Origin: a virus
DNA length: 63,580 nt
Strand: one strand, 5' to 3'
Virus record (IMG/VR): IMGVR_UViG_3300025284_000001
Span: 1-63,580 of that record
Under the pieces are notes generated by a model. It made no database searches, was not told the DNA's origin, and worked only from the letters and a program-made list of their open reading frames with translations. Positions 34,886 to 44,639 of the stretch are shown one piece after another. Every line of letters begins with the position of its first letter. Position 1 is the first letter of the stretch. Position numbers and translations under genes: made by a program.

Positions 34886-35422
34886 TTAAGGTGTTGACTT
34901 AACTTTTTCGTCACCGAGAATGAGGATGAGATCCTCGTCCGTAGGTGTCGAGTTTAATGTGATATTCGTGATTCTCTCGTTGTCATTATCGAAATTGTAC
35001 TGCAAATCTGTTTCCGGATAAGCCATCGGAAGGGTCGCCCATTTGGATGGATCAGTCTTCGCGGCTACAGGTTTTATCACGACTTTCTTCGCCTTCGTGA
35101 TTAGGTCTTGCCCGACAGCGGTCGTAATTTCGACCTTCTTACCGCCACCAGTCGTGTCCTCAACCAAAGTTGCGCCGACCATAATTTGCGGGATTTTGTC
35201 CAAATCGTATTCCGCGAACGGTACGGTTACTTTCGCATTGCGTCCCGTGATCCGTTTAGAGACGACCGTCTCGCCTTTCTGGTCGATTTTCTGCTCGCGA
35301 TATGTCGTTTCGACCGTAAGTACGACACCTCCGATGGTTGTTTCGAAAAGTACCGTGTCTTGTCCATCACCGTACTCTACGATTGCGGGCCCGAGTTCGA
35401 TCTTTTTAACATCACTAGCCAT
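34886..35422 (-). CDS. Major tail protein
   Basis: 178 aa; position before the chaperones; bracketed by terminator hairpins. Confidence 0.7.
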   Translation of the reverse strand: MASDVKKIELGPAIVEYGDGQDTVLFETTIGGVVLTVETTYREQKIDQKGETVVSKRITGRNAKVTVPFAEYDLDKIPQIMVGATLVEDTTGGGKKVEITTAVGQDLITKAKKVVIKPVAAKTDPSKWATLPMAYPETDLQYNFDNDNERITNITLNSTPTDEDLILILGDEKVKSTP

Positions 35423-35436
35423 GTGTGCGCCTCCTT

Positions 35437-35472
35437 TGAAATAGAAAGAGCGACCCCTAAATGGAGTCGCCC
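35437..35472 (-). terminator. Hairpin / possible attenuating terminator before the major tail gene
   Basis: Minus sense GGGCGAC-11 nt-GTCGCTC followed by TTTCTATTTC. Confidence 0.45.
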
Positions 35473-35485
35473 GTAAGTGTTCGTA

Positions 35486-35851
35486 TTAAATTGTCGTTAC
35501 TGTGAAATTCAACGAGTACATCGCGCGACTGTTCGCATCCTTTCCGAGGTAGATCGGCGAGGACTGGTCGGCCATGCATTTTACTATCCGCGTAGTCCCG
35601 ATGTAGAACTCGCTTTTTCCGTGAAGATGCGTGAATATTTCCGTCGCCTTCGCGTCAGCAACCGAAGCCTTCCCGCGGACGACGATTTGAAACGACGGCT
35701 TACTTTTCGTTGTCCACTCGGAAGGGCGAAGACCGCCGGTCAATCGCGTATACGCGCAGTCATCCGGATTTCCCGTTTCGAATTCGTTGCCGACGTAAGT
35801 GTACGGCGCGGCCTTGCGAAGATATGTGTTTATGTCAGGAACCGTAAGCAT
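35486..35851 (-). CDS. tail terminator-like protein
   Basis: 121 aa; position immediately before the major tail gene. Confidence 0.5.
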   Translation of the reverse strand: MLTVPDINTYLRKAAPYTYVGNEFETGNPDDCAYTRLTGGLRPSEWTTKSKPSFQIVVRGKASVADAKATEIFTHLHGKSEFYIGTTRIVKCMADQSSPIYLGKDANSRAMYSLNFTVTTI

Positions 35852-36276
35852 TACGTCAGCTCCTTTCGGATAGCATCCGCGACAAGTTGCTTGTATCTGT
35901 CCGCGTTCTCCTTCAGCGGCCGTTCGAGATATTTCGGCTGAGTTCCGGGAGTCTTCGGATTCTTAAATCGAAACCCGGAATAACCATCGCCGCTGTGTAA
36001 TTCGTGTGTGATGAGTGCGTAGTTTACGAGTTCGCCGGACTCCGTTTCCTCAGTTGCGGTAAAAAATACCTCGCCAGTTACGCCATTATTCGAAATATCG
36101 ACGTTCTTTCCGGAGGTCTTCCGCAACGTACCTTTGTCCAGCGGAGCTAGGTCGCGAGATACGCGGAGTAAATCGTCGGTTGCGTCATTGAGTCCCATCG
36201 CAGCTCCCGCCTGAACTTCCGTCTTCGACCAGTCCAGCGATTTGAAAAACGCATCGAAGTTAAAATCCATCTTCAT
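35851..36276 (-). CDS. HK97 gp10-like tail-completion protein
   Basis: Trimmed to ATG 36276 (ATGA overlap); position-based call. Confidence 0.5.
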   Translation of the reverse strand: MKMDFNFDAFFKSLDWSKTEVQAGAAMGLNDATDDLLRVSRDLAPLDKGTLRKTSGKNVDISNNGVTGEVFFTATEETESGELVNYALITHELHSGDGYSGFRFKNPKTPGTQPKYLERPLKENADRYKQLVADAIRKELT

Positions 36277-36590
36277 ACGCTTACCCCCGTCAAGATCGGC
36301 TTCCCGTTGAGCGCCCTTTTTACGCTGATTGCGATTGGCGTGTACGTTGTTTCCGTCCCGTGTTCGTCGGTATACGTAAATTTGTCGTCGATTGTTATGC
36401 GTGGGAATCGATCGAAAAGGAACGTTCCGACACTCGCGACTTCTTGTCCATGTCGATTGCGCACGAGCTTTACGCCTTCTTGGAAACGACATCTCATCGG
36501 AACAGGTGAGTCGTGTTGCGGCTCGTTATAGTCGGGATCATTACCGAGAAATGGCGCGACGAGGACGGTCTGTTTAAGCTGCACATACAT
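36273..36590 (-). CDS. head closure / head-tail adaptor protein
   Basis: 105 aa; position-based call. Confidence 0.5.
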   Translation of the reverse strand: MYVQLKQTVLVAPFLGNDPDYNEPQHDSPVPMRCRFQEGVKLVRNRHGQEVASVGTFLFDRFPRITIDDKFTYTDEHGTETTYTPIAISVKRALNGKPILTGVSV

Positions 36591-36593
36591 CGG

Positions 36594-36980
36594 CTACAAC
36601 ACCGTCCATTTCGCTTGCCGCGCGCCAATCTTGACGCCGTTCTCGGCTCCGATAATATCGAGCGCAGATTGCGGAATCCAGTTCTCTACGCCGCTCTTCG
36701 CCCAATCCTTGAATGTGAATGACGCCACTCCCGTAATGGAGAACGCGGCCATTCCTTGCATCTGCAATCGGTTCGTATCGTTGAACGCGATTGCTAATTC
36801 GTTTGCAAACTCGTACACCGCAGCGTCTGGAATCGTATATCGCGGATACTTGGTCGTCAGCGTCCGAGATGCGACGTTAACTATCCGTTGTTTTTTCGCC
36901 TCGTCAGCGTCCGTCCAATCCTCGATATCGATACAATTTGCCGCGATGTAATCGTTAGCTTCCGTTATGTTTACCGCCAC
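36594..36980 (-). CDS. gp6-like head-tail connector protein
   Basis: 128 aa; ITEANDYIAANCIDIEDWTDADEAKKQRIVNVASRTL resembles gp6-type connectors. Confidence 0.6.
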   Translation of the reverse strand: MAVNITEANDYIAANCIDIEDWTDADEAKKQRIVNVASRTLTTKYPRYTIPDAAVYEFANELAIAFNDTNRLQMQGMAAFSITGVASFTFKDWAKSGVENWIPQSALDIIGAENGVKIGARQAKWTVL

Positions 36981-36994
36981 TTACGCCACCTCCG

Positions 36995-37276
36995 TTATTT
37001 TGCGGAGGCTTTGCGTCGCGTGGACGGCTTATCCTCCGTTTTTACTTCGTCTGCCTTCGGATGCCCCACTTTAGGAGCGACCGGTTCGGGCTCGTCCTCT
37101 TCTGGAGCGATTGGTTCTGGTTCGTCGATGTGTTGGACGTACGATGGGACGAGAGAGTCCAAAAGTGAAATCTCCGCCATGCAATCTGTCTCATACTGAC
37201 CGAAGTAATCAAACTCAATCGTTAGCGTGTTGTCAATCCTAACCGCGTAAAACGGGCGTGCTTGATATTTTGCCAT
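36995..37276 (-). CDS. hypothetical head-module protein (93 aa)
   Basis: ORF track; acidic Pro-rich C-terminal half. Confidence 0.5.
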   Translation of the reverse strand: MAKYQARPFYAVRIDNTLTIEFDYFGQYETDCMAEISLLDSLVPSYVQHIDEPEPIAPEEDEPEPVAPKVGHPKADEVKTEDKPSTRRKASAK

Positions 37277-37563
37277 TACGGATTTTTCGCCTCCAATGCG
37301 GTTACGCGTTTTGCCAAATCGTCAAGCGCCGTCTTTGTGGAGTACTTCGCGTCAGCTTCGGACTTTGTATATGCGTCACCTACCTTCGCGTAATTCCCCT
37401 TCGCCTGAAACTTCGCATCTGTTTCCGTTTTGGTATACGCGTCAATAGTTCCACCGCCGCTTGACGCTTGTAGATCAACAATGATATCACCGAGTTTAAC
37501 GTCATTCGCGACCGGCATTGAGTAGTTCAACCGCTCTTGTTCTTGCTTCGTTAACTTCGCCAA
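37276..37563 (-). CDS. head fibre / decoration-like protein
   Basis: 95 aa; repeats DAYTKTETDAKF and DAYTKSEADAKY; directly after the capsid gene. Confidence 0.5.
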   Translation of the reverse strand: MAKLTKQEQERLNYSMPVANDVKLGDIIVDLQASSGGGTIDAYTKTETDAKFQAKGNYAKVGDAYTKSEADAKYSTKTALDDLAKRVTALEAKNP

Positions 37564-37580
37564 TTCACACTCCCCTTTCC

Positions 37581-37608
37581 ATAGAAACAGGGCGCCCGAA
37601 AGCGCCCC
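37581..37608 (-). terminator. Intrinsic terminator after the major capsid gene
   Basis: GGGCGC-6 nt-GCGCCC stem followed by TGTTTCTAT on the minus strand. Confidence 0.55.
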
Positions 37609-37615
37609 TCGCTAA

Positions 37616-38743
37616 TTAAGATACAGACGTCGAGATATTTTCCAAGACCGCAATCTTCTCGGCCGCGTTTTTAACCTTCGCACCAAGTTCACCGCGAATC
37701 TGACGAGCAACAAAGTCTGCGCCAGGAATAGAAGCGTCAGTGTCGTAGATATTGCGGAGTGCGTGCAGGCTCAAGATGTTGCGGTCAAACAACATCATTT
37801 TGTTCTTCGGCATGTTCGGATCAACGATTACCGTCGCGTCACTGCCGCCGACGATGTCGCCTACAAACGTCGAGATGCGATGACCTGTCGCAGTATCCGT
37901 ACGCTCAACGCGAATTGCATCTTTCGCCAATTTCGAGATTTGACGCGCACCTGCCGTGTTTGTCAAGATCGTGTTCACGTTACCGCCGCGTTGGAACACC
38001 TTCTCCATGACGTCATTCAACGCTTTTGCGGAGACTTCATCACCGTTAAGGTTTTGAGTTGCTGCGTTTTTCTTCTGTGCGAAGTACAACAGACCGCCCG
38101 TCATGCTCGGTTGAACATTCTTACGGCCTTCGATACGACGACCGTAGATCAACCAGTCGTTCAACTCGCGCGCCATCTCCTTCAAACGGAGCTGTACTTG
38201 GTAGTCCAATTCGTTCGTTACGTTGTAAGTACCTACCGCTTGTTGCGTATTGGATACGGATGCATAGCGCTCGATAATCTGCGTAAAGTTGAAGTCGACA
38301 TGACGGTCGTGACTCTCGTCCTGACCAGGCATCGCGCCTTGGTGTTGCGGACGGGAAACAATACGAACCTCATCACCGGCTTTGTGTGCTGTCGCAGAAG
38401 TTCCGTCGAAGCCGCGCTCAACAGTAACCGCGTCACCTGCGATAGAAACGACTTTTACGTACTCCTCGCCGATTACAACGAGTGCGTTTACGCGGAATTT
38501 CTCGCCGTCATCTGTCGCAACGGTCAATGTAGTCGCTGCGTTATCTACATCAGTCGCAAGAGTTGCGCGATTGGAGTTCAAATTGTCGGACATCCATTCG
38601 TACTTCGTTTGCATAAGCGGCTCGCCGTTGATTCCGATGAGGCTGAGCAATGTAGGTTCGTCGTCGATGATAAGAGAGATACCCGCGGATAAGTCACGAA
38701 TTTGATCCTTAAAGTCATAAGTTTGTGCGCCTGTAAATGTCAT
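37616..38743 (-). CDS. Major capsid protein
   Basis: 375 aa; between scaffold and connector genes; flanked by terminators. Confidence 0.85.
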   Translation of the reverse strand: MTFTGAQTYDFKDQIRDLSAGISLIIDDEPTLLSLIGINGEPLMQTKYEWMSDNLNSNRATLATDVDNAATTLTVATDDGEKFRVNALVVIGEEYVKVVSIAGDAVTVERGFDGTSATAHKAGDEVRIVSRPQHQGAMPGQDESHDRHVDFNFTQIIERYASVSNTQQAVGTYNVTNELDYQVQLRLKEMARELNDWLIYGRRIEGRKNVQPSMTGGLLYFAQKKNAATQNLNGDEVSAKALNDVMEKVFQRGGNVNTILTNTAGARQISKLAKDAIRVERTDTATGHRISTFVGDIVGGSDATVIVDPNMPKNKMMLFDRNILSLHALRNIYDTDASIPGADFVARQIRGELGAKVKNAAEKIAVLENISTSVS

Positions 38744-38774
38744 TAATAAATCGCTCCTTTAGTGTTTGTGAAAT

Positions 38775-38805
38775 CAAAAAAGTCGCCAGCATATTAGCTC
38801 GCGAC
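38775..38805 (-). terminator. Hairpin plus T-run between the scaffold and capsid genes
   Basis: Minus sense GTCGCGAGC-taatat-GCTGGCGAC (1 mismatch) followed by TTTTTT. Confidence 0.55.
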
Positions 38806-38806
38806 C

Positions 38807-39493
38807 TTACTTAATGAGTCCCTTTAATTTGTTAGATAACTCAACCACTTTACTGAAATCCTTGCGCTTCTTCGCGTCTTCGAGCTGTGCTTCGAGAGTT
38901 CGCGCTTTCTCATCGATAGTTGGAGGTGGGTCGCCGATAGTCTTCGGCTTGGTCGTATTTGTCGCGACCAGGAACGGCTTGCTCTCGACAAGTGACGCAA
39001 TCACTGCGTCGATCCCAACGACATTTCCATCGTCGCCAACGCTGACTCCGGAACGATCCGCAAGCGACCACGCATCGTCGACATACGCGATATTCGCCGC
39101 TGTCGCTGCCGTGATAAACGCGTTTCGGATGCGTTCTTGCTTTACGGATTCGCGAAGAGTGGACAATTCGGATTCAAGCGTTTGTTTCGACGTTTGTTCC
39201 TTTTCCAAATCCGCCTTGTAACGTTCAATCTCCGTAAGTTCACCGCGCTTGCGTTCGTCTTCTGCCGCTTGTAGTTCGGTTAACTTCGTTTTTAAATCAT
39301 CGTAATCCCCGTATTTCTTCCGCTCGCGATCGAGTCGTTTCGCAACGATATCGTCAAGTTCTGCCTGTGTGAACGTCTTTGCCGGTTCCGGCGTCGGATC
39401 GGCCGGTGGATCTTGCGGAGTTGGCTCCGGATCTCCTTCCGCGAACAATTGGAGATTCAGCGTATATTTCAATCGTTTCGATTCGTTATTCAT
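38807..39493 (-). CDS. Scaffolding protein
   Basis: Trimmed to ATG 39493 (GGGAGGA RBS); N-terminal LNLQLFAEG; acidic, coiled-coil rich. Confidence 0.75.
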   Translation of the reverse strand: MNNESKRLKYTLNLQLFAEGDPEPTPQDPPADPTPEPAKTFTQAELDDIVAKRLDRERKKYGDYDDLKTKLTELQAAEDERKRGELTEIERYKADLEKEQTSKQTLESELSTLRESVKQERIRNAFITAATAANIAYVDDAWSLADRSGVSVGDDGNVVGIDAVIASLVESKPFLVATNTTKPKTIGDPPPTIDEKARTLEAQLEDAKKRKDFSKVVELSNKLKGLIK

Positions 39494-39580
39494 TCGTAAT
39501 TCCTCCCATTTAAAGCCCGTCGGCGGTCGATTCCGAAAGTTTAACGCCATTCCGTAAGGCAACGACAAATAAACCACATC

Positions 39581-40417
39581 CTATTTCGGATCGGCTTCGA
39601 GTAGTTTTGGGTCGCGTAGTGGTGATATTGTGTGTCGGCAATTCGGATGAAATATTTCGCGGCGAGGCAAATCACCGACATATGGATAATCCCCAGGAGC
39701 ATCCATCGTCAGCTTCACGATGCGGCCTTCCCAGTGACGGCAAGCATCCGTCGCACCATGCCGCGAAATAACGCCATAATAAGCCTTTCGCGAAACGGCC
39801 TCGTTGATCGTCGCTTCTCTGTGCGCATGAGACATCTTCGTTCGAGTAATCATATCGACGTAAATTTCCGGCTTCCAACGACGTCCTGCCGAGTCAACTA
39901 TTCCGGTATTAACGGTATCTCCGAGTTTCTTCCGAAGTCCTTCGAGAATATCGCGATTCATCGTCTGTCGTCCGTTTATCCCGCGAGTCATGTTCGCCCG
40001 CATCGATTCCGCTGTCACATTCCGGATGGTCGTACGTACCTTCCGGTCGATGTTCTGCGTCACCGCGAGCAAATCAGATTGTGTATCCGCGACGACTGCT
40101 TCGATGAGCTCCTTGTTCAATCGGCTGAATGCCGTAATCTTCTCGGCATCCTTTACGTCGAGAGCAACTAGCGCAGTCAGCGCACCATTTCGGACAGCAA
40201 CGGGAATATTCTCCGCAACCCATGCCGCAGACTCTTCGTTTAGTGACGACAATATTTCCGCGACCTCTTTCAACGTTGCTGCCGATTGTGCTCGAGTCAT
40301 ATTCGAGATATCGATTCGGTCGAGTGTTCGGTAGATGTCGCGTACTGCGCGCTTGTACGCCTTTACCAGCCGTTCAACGCGGTAATCGTATTTCGGTTCG
40401 GGAATCTGCACTGTCAT
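39581..40417 (-). CDS. Head morphogenesis protein (SPP1 gp7 / Mu F-like)
   Basis: 278 aa after portal; C-terminal ...EIFHPNCRHTISP characteristic motif. Confidence 0.8.
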   Translation of the reverse strand: MTVQIPEPKYDYRVERLVKAYKRAVRDIYRTLDRIDISNMTRAQSAATLKEVAEILSSLNEESAAWVAENIPVAVRNGALTALVALDVKDAEKITAFSRLNKELIEAVVADTQSDLLAVTQNIDRKVRTTIRNVTAESMRANMTRGINGRQTMNRDILEGLRKKLGDTVNTGIVDSAGRRWKPEIYVDMITRTKMSHAHREATINEAVSRKAYYGVISRHGATDACRHWEGRIVKLTMDAPGDYPYVGDLPRREIFHPNCRHTISPLRDPKLLEADPK

Positions 40418-42030
40418 TCGATTACCTCAACCTCGTTAAAGACGGTGGAGTCGACAGTTCCGTATGCGTCCTTTTCGTCTTTTGTGATTCGCGTCATCAT
40501 CGCGGACGCATGTGAATCGTCGAGGTTGTCCAAGCGTTTGATAGCGTCATGAACCGCCAGTGTCGGCTTTCCGCCTGTTCTGATTTGTGCGATTTCCGCT
40601 TGTTCCTTCTCGTCTACTGGAAGTCCGTCCTTCCAAGTGATGGTCGGATATACCGGCTCGTAAGGTTCGAATCCGTCTACGCCTCGATTCGCGAAGTTTT
40701 CGAGTTCCATTGCAGTCCATAACGCATCACGTATTACCTTGTCAACGTGGACTCTGATCCGATTCACCTTCGCGAGTATCGGCATGAACCTCGCCTTAAT
40801 TGCGCCGGAATCCGTATGTGATGTACCGGTTCCACCGCGAGTATCGCCTGCAAGCGTCGTACCGAATAACCATTGTGGAGTCTCCGACATCTGGAACACC
40901 ATTCCGAGAAGATAGTCGAGTTCCTTAAACGCTCCATCAAGCTGCGAATTCCACGTCATATAGCCCGGTGTTACGTCTTCCTTCGTGGTCGTAATGTACT
41001 TGCCGCTAAACTTAACGGATACTCCGTCGTCTTCTTCGATATCAGGTCCATACGCAGTTGGATCGGAATGTTTCCACAGGATGTAATCGATCTGGACGAG
41101 ACGGTCGTTAATCGCGGCCAATAGTGATTCGATCTTCTCGATTCCCGAAATCCCGTACCAACGATCATCAACGGATTTGTACGGAATGTGGAACACGAGC
41201 GGCCTTGCGACGCCTGTCTCGACGATATCCTTTTCGCGACCAGTCTCGATTTTTTCACCGATTCGGAAGAGTTCGATCGGCGCTCCGTATTGATTATCGA
41301 TGCCGTTCGGATGTAGCCGATAACGCTCATAGATGATGTAGCCCGGAACGTGGCGCTCAACGTTCAGATACGGGATGGCATTCATTTTCTCGCGCGAGAA
41401 TCTCGACGTGAAGAATCCGTTCGGCTCCTCGACCCATTCGACCCATGCGATGCTGACCGCCTTGAACTTTTTTTTGCTCCCGCGAGCCAATTCCGGAAAA
41501 ACAATCGACGCGTCCACCGGCTCGATAATCGGCTCTTGTTTCGCTTCCGGCGGTTCCAGCCCTTCCGGAATAGCCGAAAAGTCTTGCGCGTAGCCGTATC
41601 GGACTTTGAAGAATGCATCACCGCGATAGCCTGCGCCGATAACCGATTCGTGAATCCTCGCGGTCAAGTCGTTTTCCTCGACGATGCTATTCAGCGCCTT
41701 TTGTTCGGTAGAATCGTCGGGCTTTCCGCTCTCATACGTCGGCGGCTCACCGACAAGCAAGTCGGACGGCTTCGTGAGCAGGACATCTACAATATTGCAC
41801 GCGATGTACAACGTTTTGAGCTGCGGAGCCGCTGGCGTATCTTTTAGTAACGCGGCTGCTCGGTCGAACATCTCGTAAGGCTTCCCGTCGAATATGGTTT
41901 TGCCACGTAGATATCGCGCCAACCGCTCAACATGATCTTGCGGCGGGAACTGTTTTCCCGTTTCGATCATCTTCGTTGTTTTCGTGATAAAATCCGTTAT
42001 TCTCTTCGCCTCCTTTCCGTTTACATCCAC
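40414..42030 (-). CDS. Portal protein
   Basis: 538 aa; directly after the large terminase with overlap. Confidence 0.85.
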   Translation of the reverse strand: MDVNGKEAKRITDFITKTTKMIETGKQFPPQDHVERLARYLRGKTIFDGKPYEMFDRAAALLKDTPAAPQLKTLYIACNIVDVLLTKPSDLLVGEPPTYESGKPDDSTEQKALNSIVEENDLTARIHESVIGAGYRGDAFFKVRYGYAQDFSAIPEGLEPPEAKQEPIIEPVDASIVFPELARGSKKKFKAVSIAWVEWVEEPNGFFTSRFSREKMNAIPYLNVERHVPGYIIYERYRLHPNGIDNQYGAPIELFRIGEKIETGREKDIVETGVARPLVFHIPYKSVDDRWYGISGIEKIESLLAAINDRLVQIDYILWKHSDPTAYGPDIEEDDGVSVKFSGKYITTTKEDVTPGYMTWNSQLDGAFKELDYLLGMVFQMSETPQWLFGTTLAGDTRGGTGTSHTDSGAIKARFMPILAKVNRIRVHVDKVIRDALWTAMELENFANRGVDGFEPYEPVYPTITWKDGLPVDEKEQAEIAQIRTGGKPTLAVHDAIKRLDNLDDSHASAMMTRITKDEKDAYGTVDSTVFNEVEVIE

Positions 42031-43790
42031 GACGGCTTACGTCGGATTTTTCGTGATCCTTTTTTCAACGACGAAATCGACATTTCCATCGCGTCAGGTA
42101 GGTCGTCATGCCAATTGCTACCGTATCTCTCGAACTGCTCAAGCAGTAGCGCATGGTCGCGATTGAACCGAATAGTCTCGTTTTCAATGTCGGGCAACAT
42201 CGCCTCTATCCGCAATTCCTTACGTGTACGTTGGTGAATCTCCTTAACGCGATTCCTCGCAGGGTAGCCCTTCGATTGAAGCTCTTGCTTGAGTTTGTGG
42301 ACGAAAAACTCCTGTGCCATTTGCGCTTCTGCCGCGATTGAATCCGGCTGATAGTGCATTACTTTTTCGACGATGACTCGCATAAATTCGTCTGGATGTA
42401 TTCGAGCACCAAACGCGTCCACAACGTAAATAAGACCAAGCTTCTTGTGCTTGGCCGTAACAACGATAGCAGAGTAGTCCCCGCGTTGTTTACCCATCGC
42501 GAAGTCTATTCCCATCCCGATATAGTAGTCCGAGTGATCGAACTTCGTTATTGAATCGTAGTACTTGAACCGTTCGATCTTGAAAATCTGCGACTCTTCG
42601 TCGATCGGATTATTCTGAAACTCGGTATTAAACGCTTTGTTGCCGTAGTTCATCTTTTCCAATACGAGAAACTGAATCGGGAATCGCGACGGCCACAGCA
42701 CCTCCGCGCCCTTCTCCATTTCTTCGCGATGAGATTCGAAGAAGGCCAATGCAGCCTTAACGTTTGGAGCTGCCGTCTCGTCGTCCATCTCTTCCATTGC
42801 GGCAATCTCTTCGTCTGACGGTTCGTACTCTTTATATATCCGTTCGAACTCCGCCCATAAATCGGAGCGTTCCGGTTGTTTGATTATCGCAGGGAAACTA
42901 TTCTTAACGAAATCTTTCCGTTCTTTCAAAACGTAATTAAGCAAACTATCGTGATGGACAAGTGTTCCCATGAAAATAATCGCTGTCTGCGTTGGGTCGT
43001 ACGCAGGCATCAAGTCCTGATTAAGCCAATCCTTCGCCTTTTGCCGCAACTCGGGCGTATTGTTTGAGTCACGCGATTCCAAGTCGTCTAGGAGGATCAA
43101 GTCGGGACGCTGCGAACCATTACGGAAACCGCGAATCTGCATCCCGAGAGATGTCGCTTCCATCTTCGCACCAGATGTCGTCAGGAACGCCTCTTCCGAA
43201 TCCTTCTCGTTCATCGTCTTCTTTTCGTATAAAAGTTCGCCAAAATCTGCTCGAAGCTTGGTGTTGTACTTGAGTTGTCCGGCAACCCACTTGATAAACT
43301 TCTTCGATCCTGCGTTCGTCTCCGAAATAATTAAGATCATCCGACGCTTACGATATGCGATCTCGTGTACTGGGAATGCGTTCGACAGATACGCGGATTT
43401 GGCGTGACCGCGAGATGCAGCCCACGCTATACGTGCCGTTCGGTTAACGTTCGATACCGAATCAAGAATCCGCGAAAGCTTCCGGTGAAAGTTCGGCGCT
43501 CCGTCCATGTCGACGTCTTTAGTCGGCACGAGATTGTCCGGATTGCCTGGATTCCGAGCTTCGGAAAAATACTCGTAGAAGAAATAGAGCATATCTACTT
43601 CTGCGCGGTGAATCCGCGTCAGCCGCTTCAACTCCGCTATATCTTCGCGGAGCATTTCAATGTGATACTCGGTCGCGCGCCCGGACTTAACAAGCTTTTT
43701 CAGTTTCGACGCGCGTTCGGAAATAACGACGATGCGCTCGGCGCGTTCTTCACGGTCAAGCCATCGTCCGTCTACGTATGCCAAGTGCAA
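42021..43790 (-). CDS. terL: Terminase large subunit
   Basis: 589 aa; ATPase Walker B-like DLILLDDLE; RNaseH-like nuclease segment GIDFAMG... Confidence 0.9.
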   Translation of the reverse strand: MHLAYVDGRWLDREERAERIVVISERASKLKKLVKSGRATEYHIEMLREDIAELKRLTRIHRAEVDMLYFFYEYFSEARNPGNPDNLVPTKDVDMDGAPNFHRKLSRILDSVSNVNRTARIAWAASRGHAKSAYLSNAFPVHEIAYRKRRMILIISETNAGSKKFIKWVAGQLKYNTKLRADFGELLYEKKTMNEKDSEEAFLTTSGAKMEATSLGMQIRGFRNGSQRPDLILLDDLESRDSNNTPELRQKAKDWLNQDLMPAYDPTQTAIIFMGTLVHHDSLLNYVLKERKDFVKNSFPAIIKQPERSDLWAEFERIYKEYEPSDEEIAAMEEMDDETAAPNVKAALAFFESHREEMEKGAEVLWPSRFPIQFLVLEKMNYGNKAFNTEFQNNPIDEESQIFKIERFKYYDSITKFDHSDYYIGMGIDFAMGKQRGDYSAIVVTAKHKKLGLIYVVDAFGARIHPDEFMRVIVEKVMHYQPDSIAAEAQMAQEFFVHKLKQELQSKGYPARNRVKEIHQRTRKELRIEAMLPDIENETIRFNRDHALLLEQFERYGSNWHDDLPDAMEMSISSLKKGSRKIRRKPSWM

Positions 43791-43799
43791 TCACCTCCG

Positions 43800-44057
43800 T
43801 TAAACTTTTTCGTAAGTAGCTTCGAAAATGTCGGGTTTGCACGGATAAACCTCGCCTTGTACGCCTTTGATTATGTAATCTCCCAGCGCAGCCTTCATCG
43901 TGCCTTCGAGCGTATTTATAAACATCTCCCCGCCACTAAAACTCACCGCTCCGGATTTGATTCTCTCGCAAATCCACGTCGGGTCCTCCGTTTGATCTCG
44001 TCCACCCGTCCACTGGAACGCCTCAATAACCACAGGTTTTTTACGATACTCCGCCAC
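43800..44057 (-). CDS. hypothetical protein (85 aa)
   Basis: Track ORF 43800..44138 trimmed to GTG 44057 overlapping the terS stop; KKPVVIEAFQW... Confidence 0.5.
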   Translation of the reverse strand: MAEYRKKPVVIEAFQWTGGRDQTEDPTWICERIKSGAVSFSGGEMFINTLEGTMKAALGDYIIKGVQGEVYPCKPDIFEATYEKV

Positions 44058-44511
44058 TGCCTTCGACTCCTTCCGCAAGCAATTCGTCCAACTCTTCAAT
44101 ATCCTTCGCGATATCATCCGTGCTGCGCGAGCTTCCAACCTCGCGAGTCTCTACAACTTGCTTATCCGTCAGCAATCCGTGACGACGCAGATACAAGTCG
44201 ATTCCCTTGACGGACGGCATCGCGTTTTCCCCTTTCGGGTCGATGAGCTTCATTAGGTTGCGATATACGACCACGCGCTTAGATTCGAGAAAGTCGTCGC
44301 AAAGTAAGTTCACGTATTCAATAAACGCTTTATTCTGCGTACGCCATTTCCATAGCTCCTTGCGAGAATAACCGACCCGTTCCGCAATCTCTGCGATAGT
44401 CATCCGCGAATCTGTATCTTCCGCAAGTTCTCGTTCAACGCAAAGAAGCGCAGCCTCACGTTGCTTAACGGTTAGCTTCGCCTCTAGCGCTCTTTTTCGT
44501 TGTTCGGACAA
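44041..44511 (-). CDS. terS: Terminase small subunit (HTH type)
   Basis: 156 aa upstream of terL; TIAEIAERVGYSRKELWKWR HTH; GAAGGAGG RBS, TTG start. Confidence 0.65.
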   Translation of the reverse strand: MSEQRKRALEAKLTVKQREAALLCVERELAEDTDSRMTIAEIAERVGYSRKELWKWRTQNKAFIEYVNLLCDDFLESKRVVVYRNLMKLIDPKGENAMPSVKGIDLYLRRHGLLTDKQVVETREVGSSRSTDDIAKDIEELDELLAEGVEGSGGVS

Positions 44512-44639
44512 TGTTCGAACCTCCTTCGCTTGATTTTGACGTAAAATTTACGGCGAATTAGCCGTTTTCTATGTTCGGGAGTGTAATCGGTCTAATTGCA
44601 TATGAAATGCGCTAATTTCACGGGAATTTTACGGTTAAA

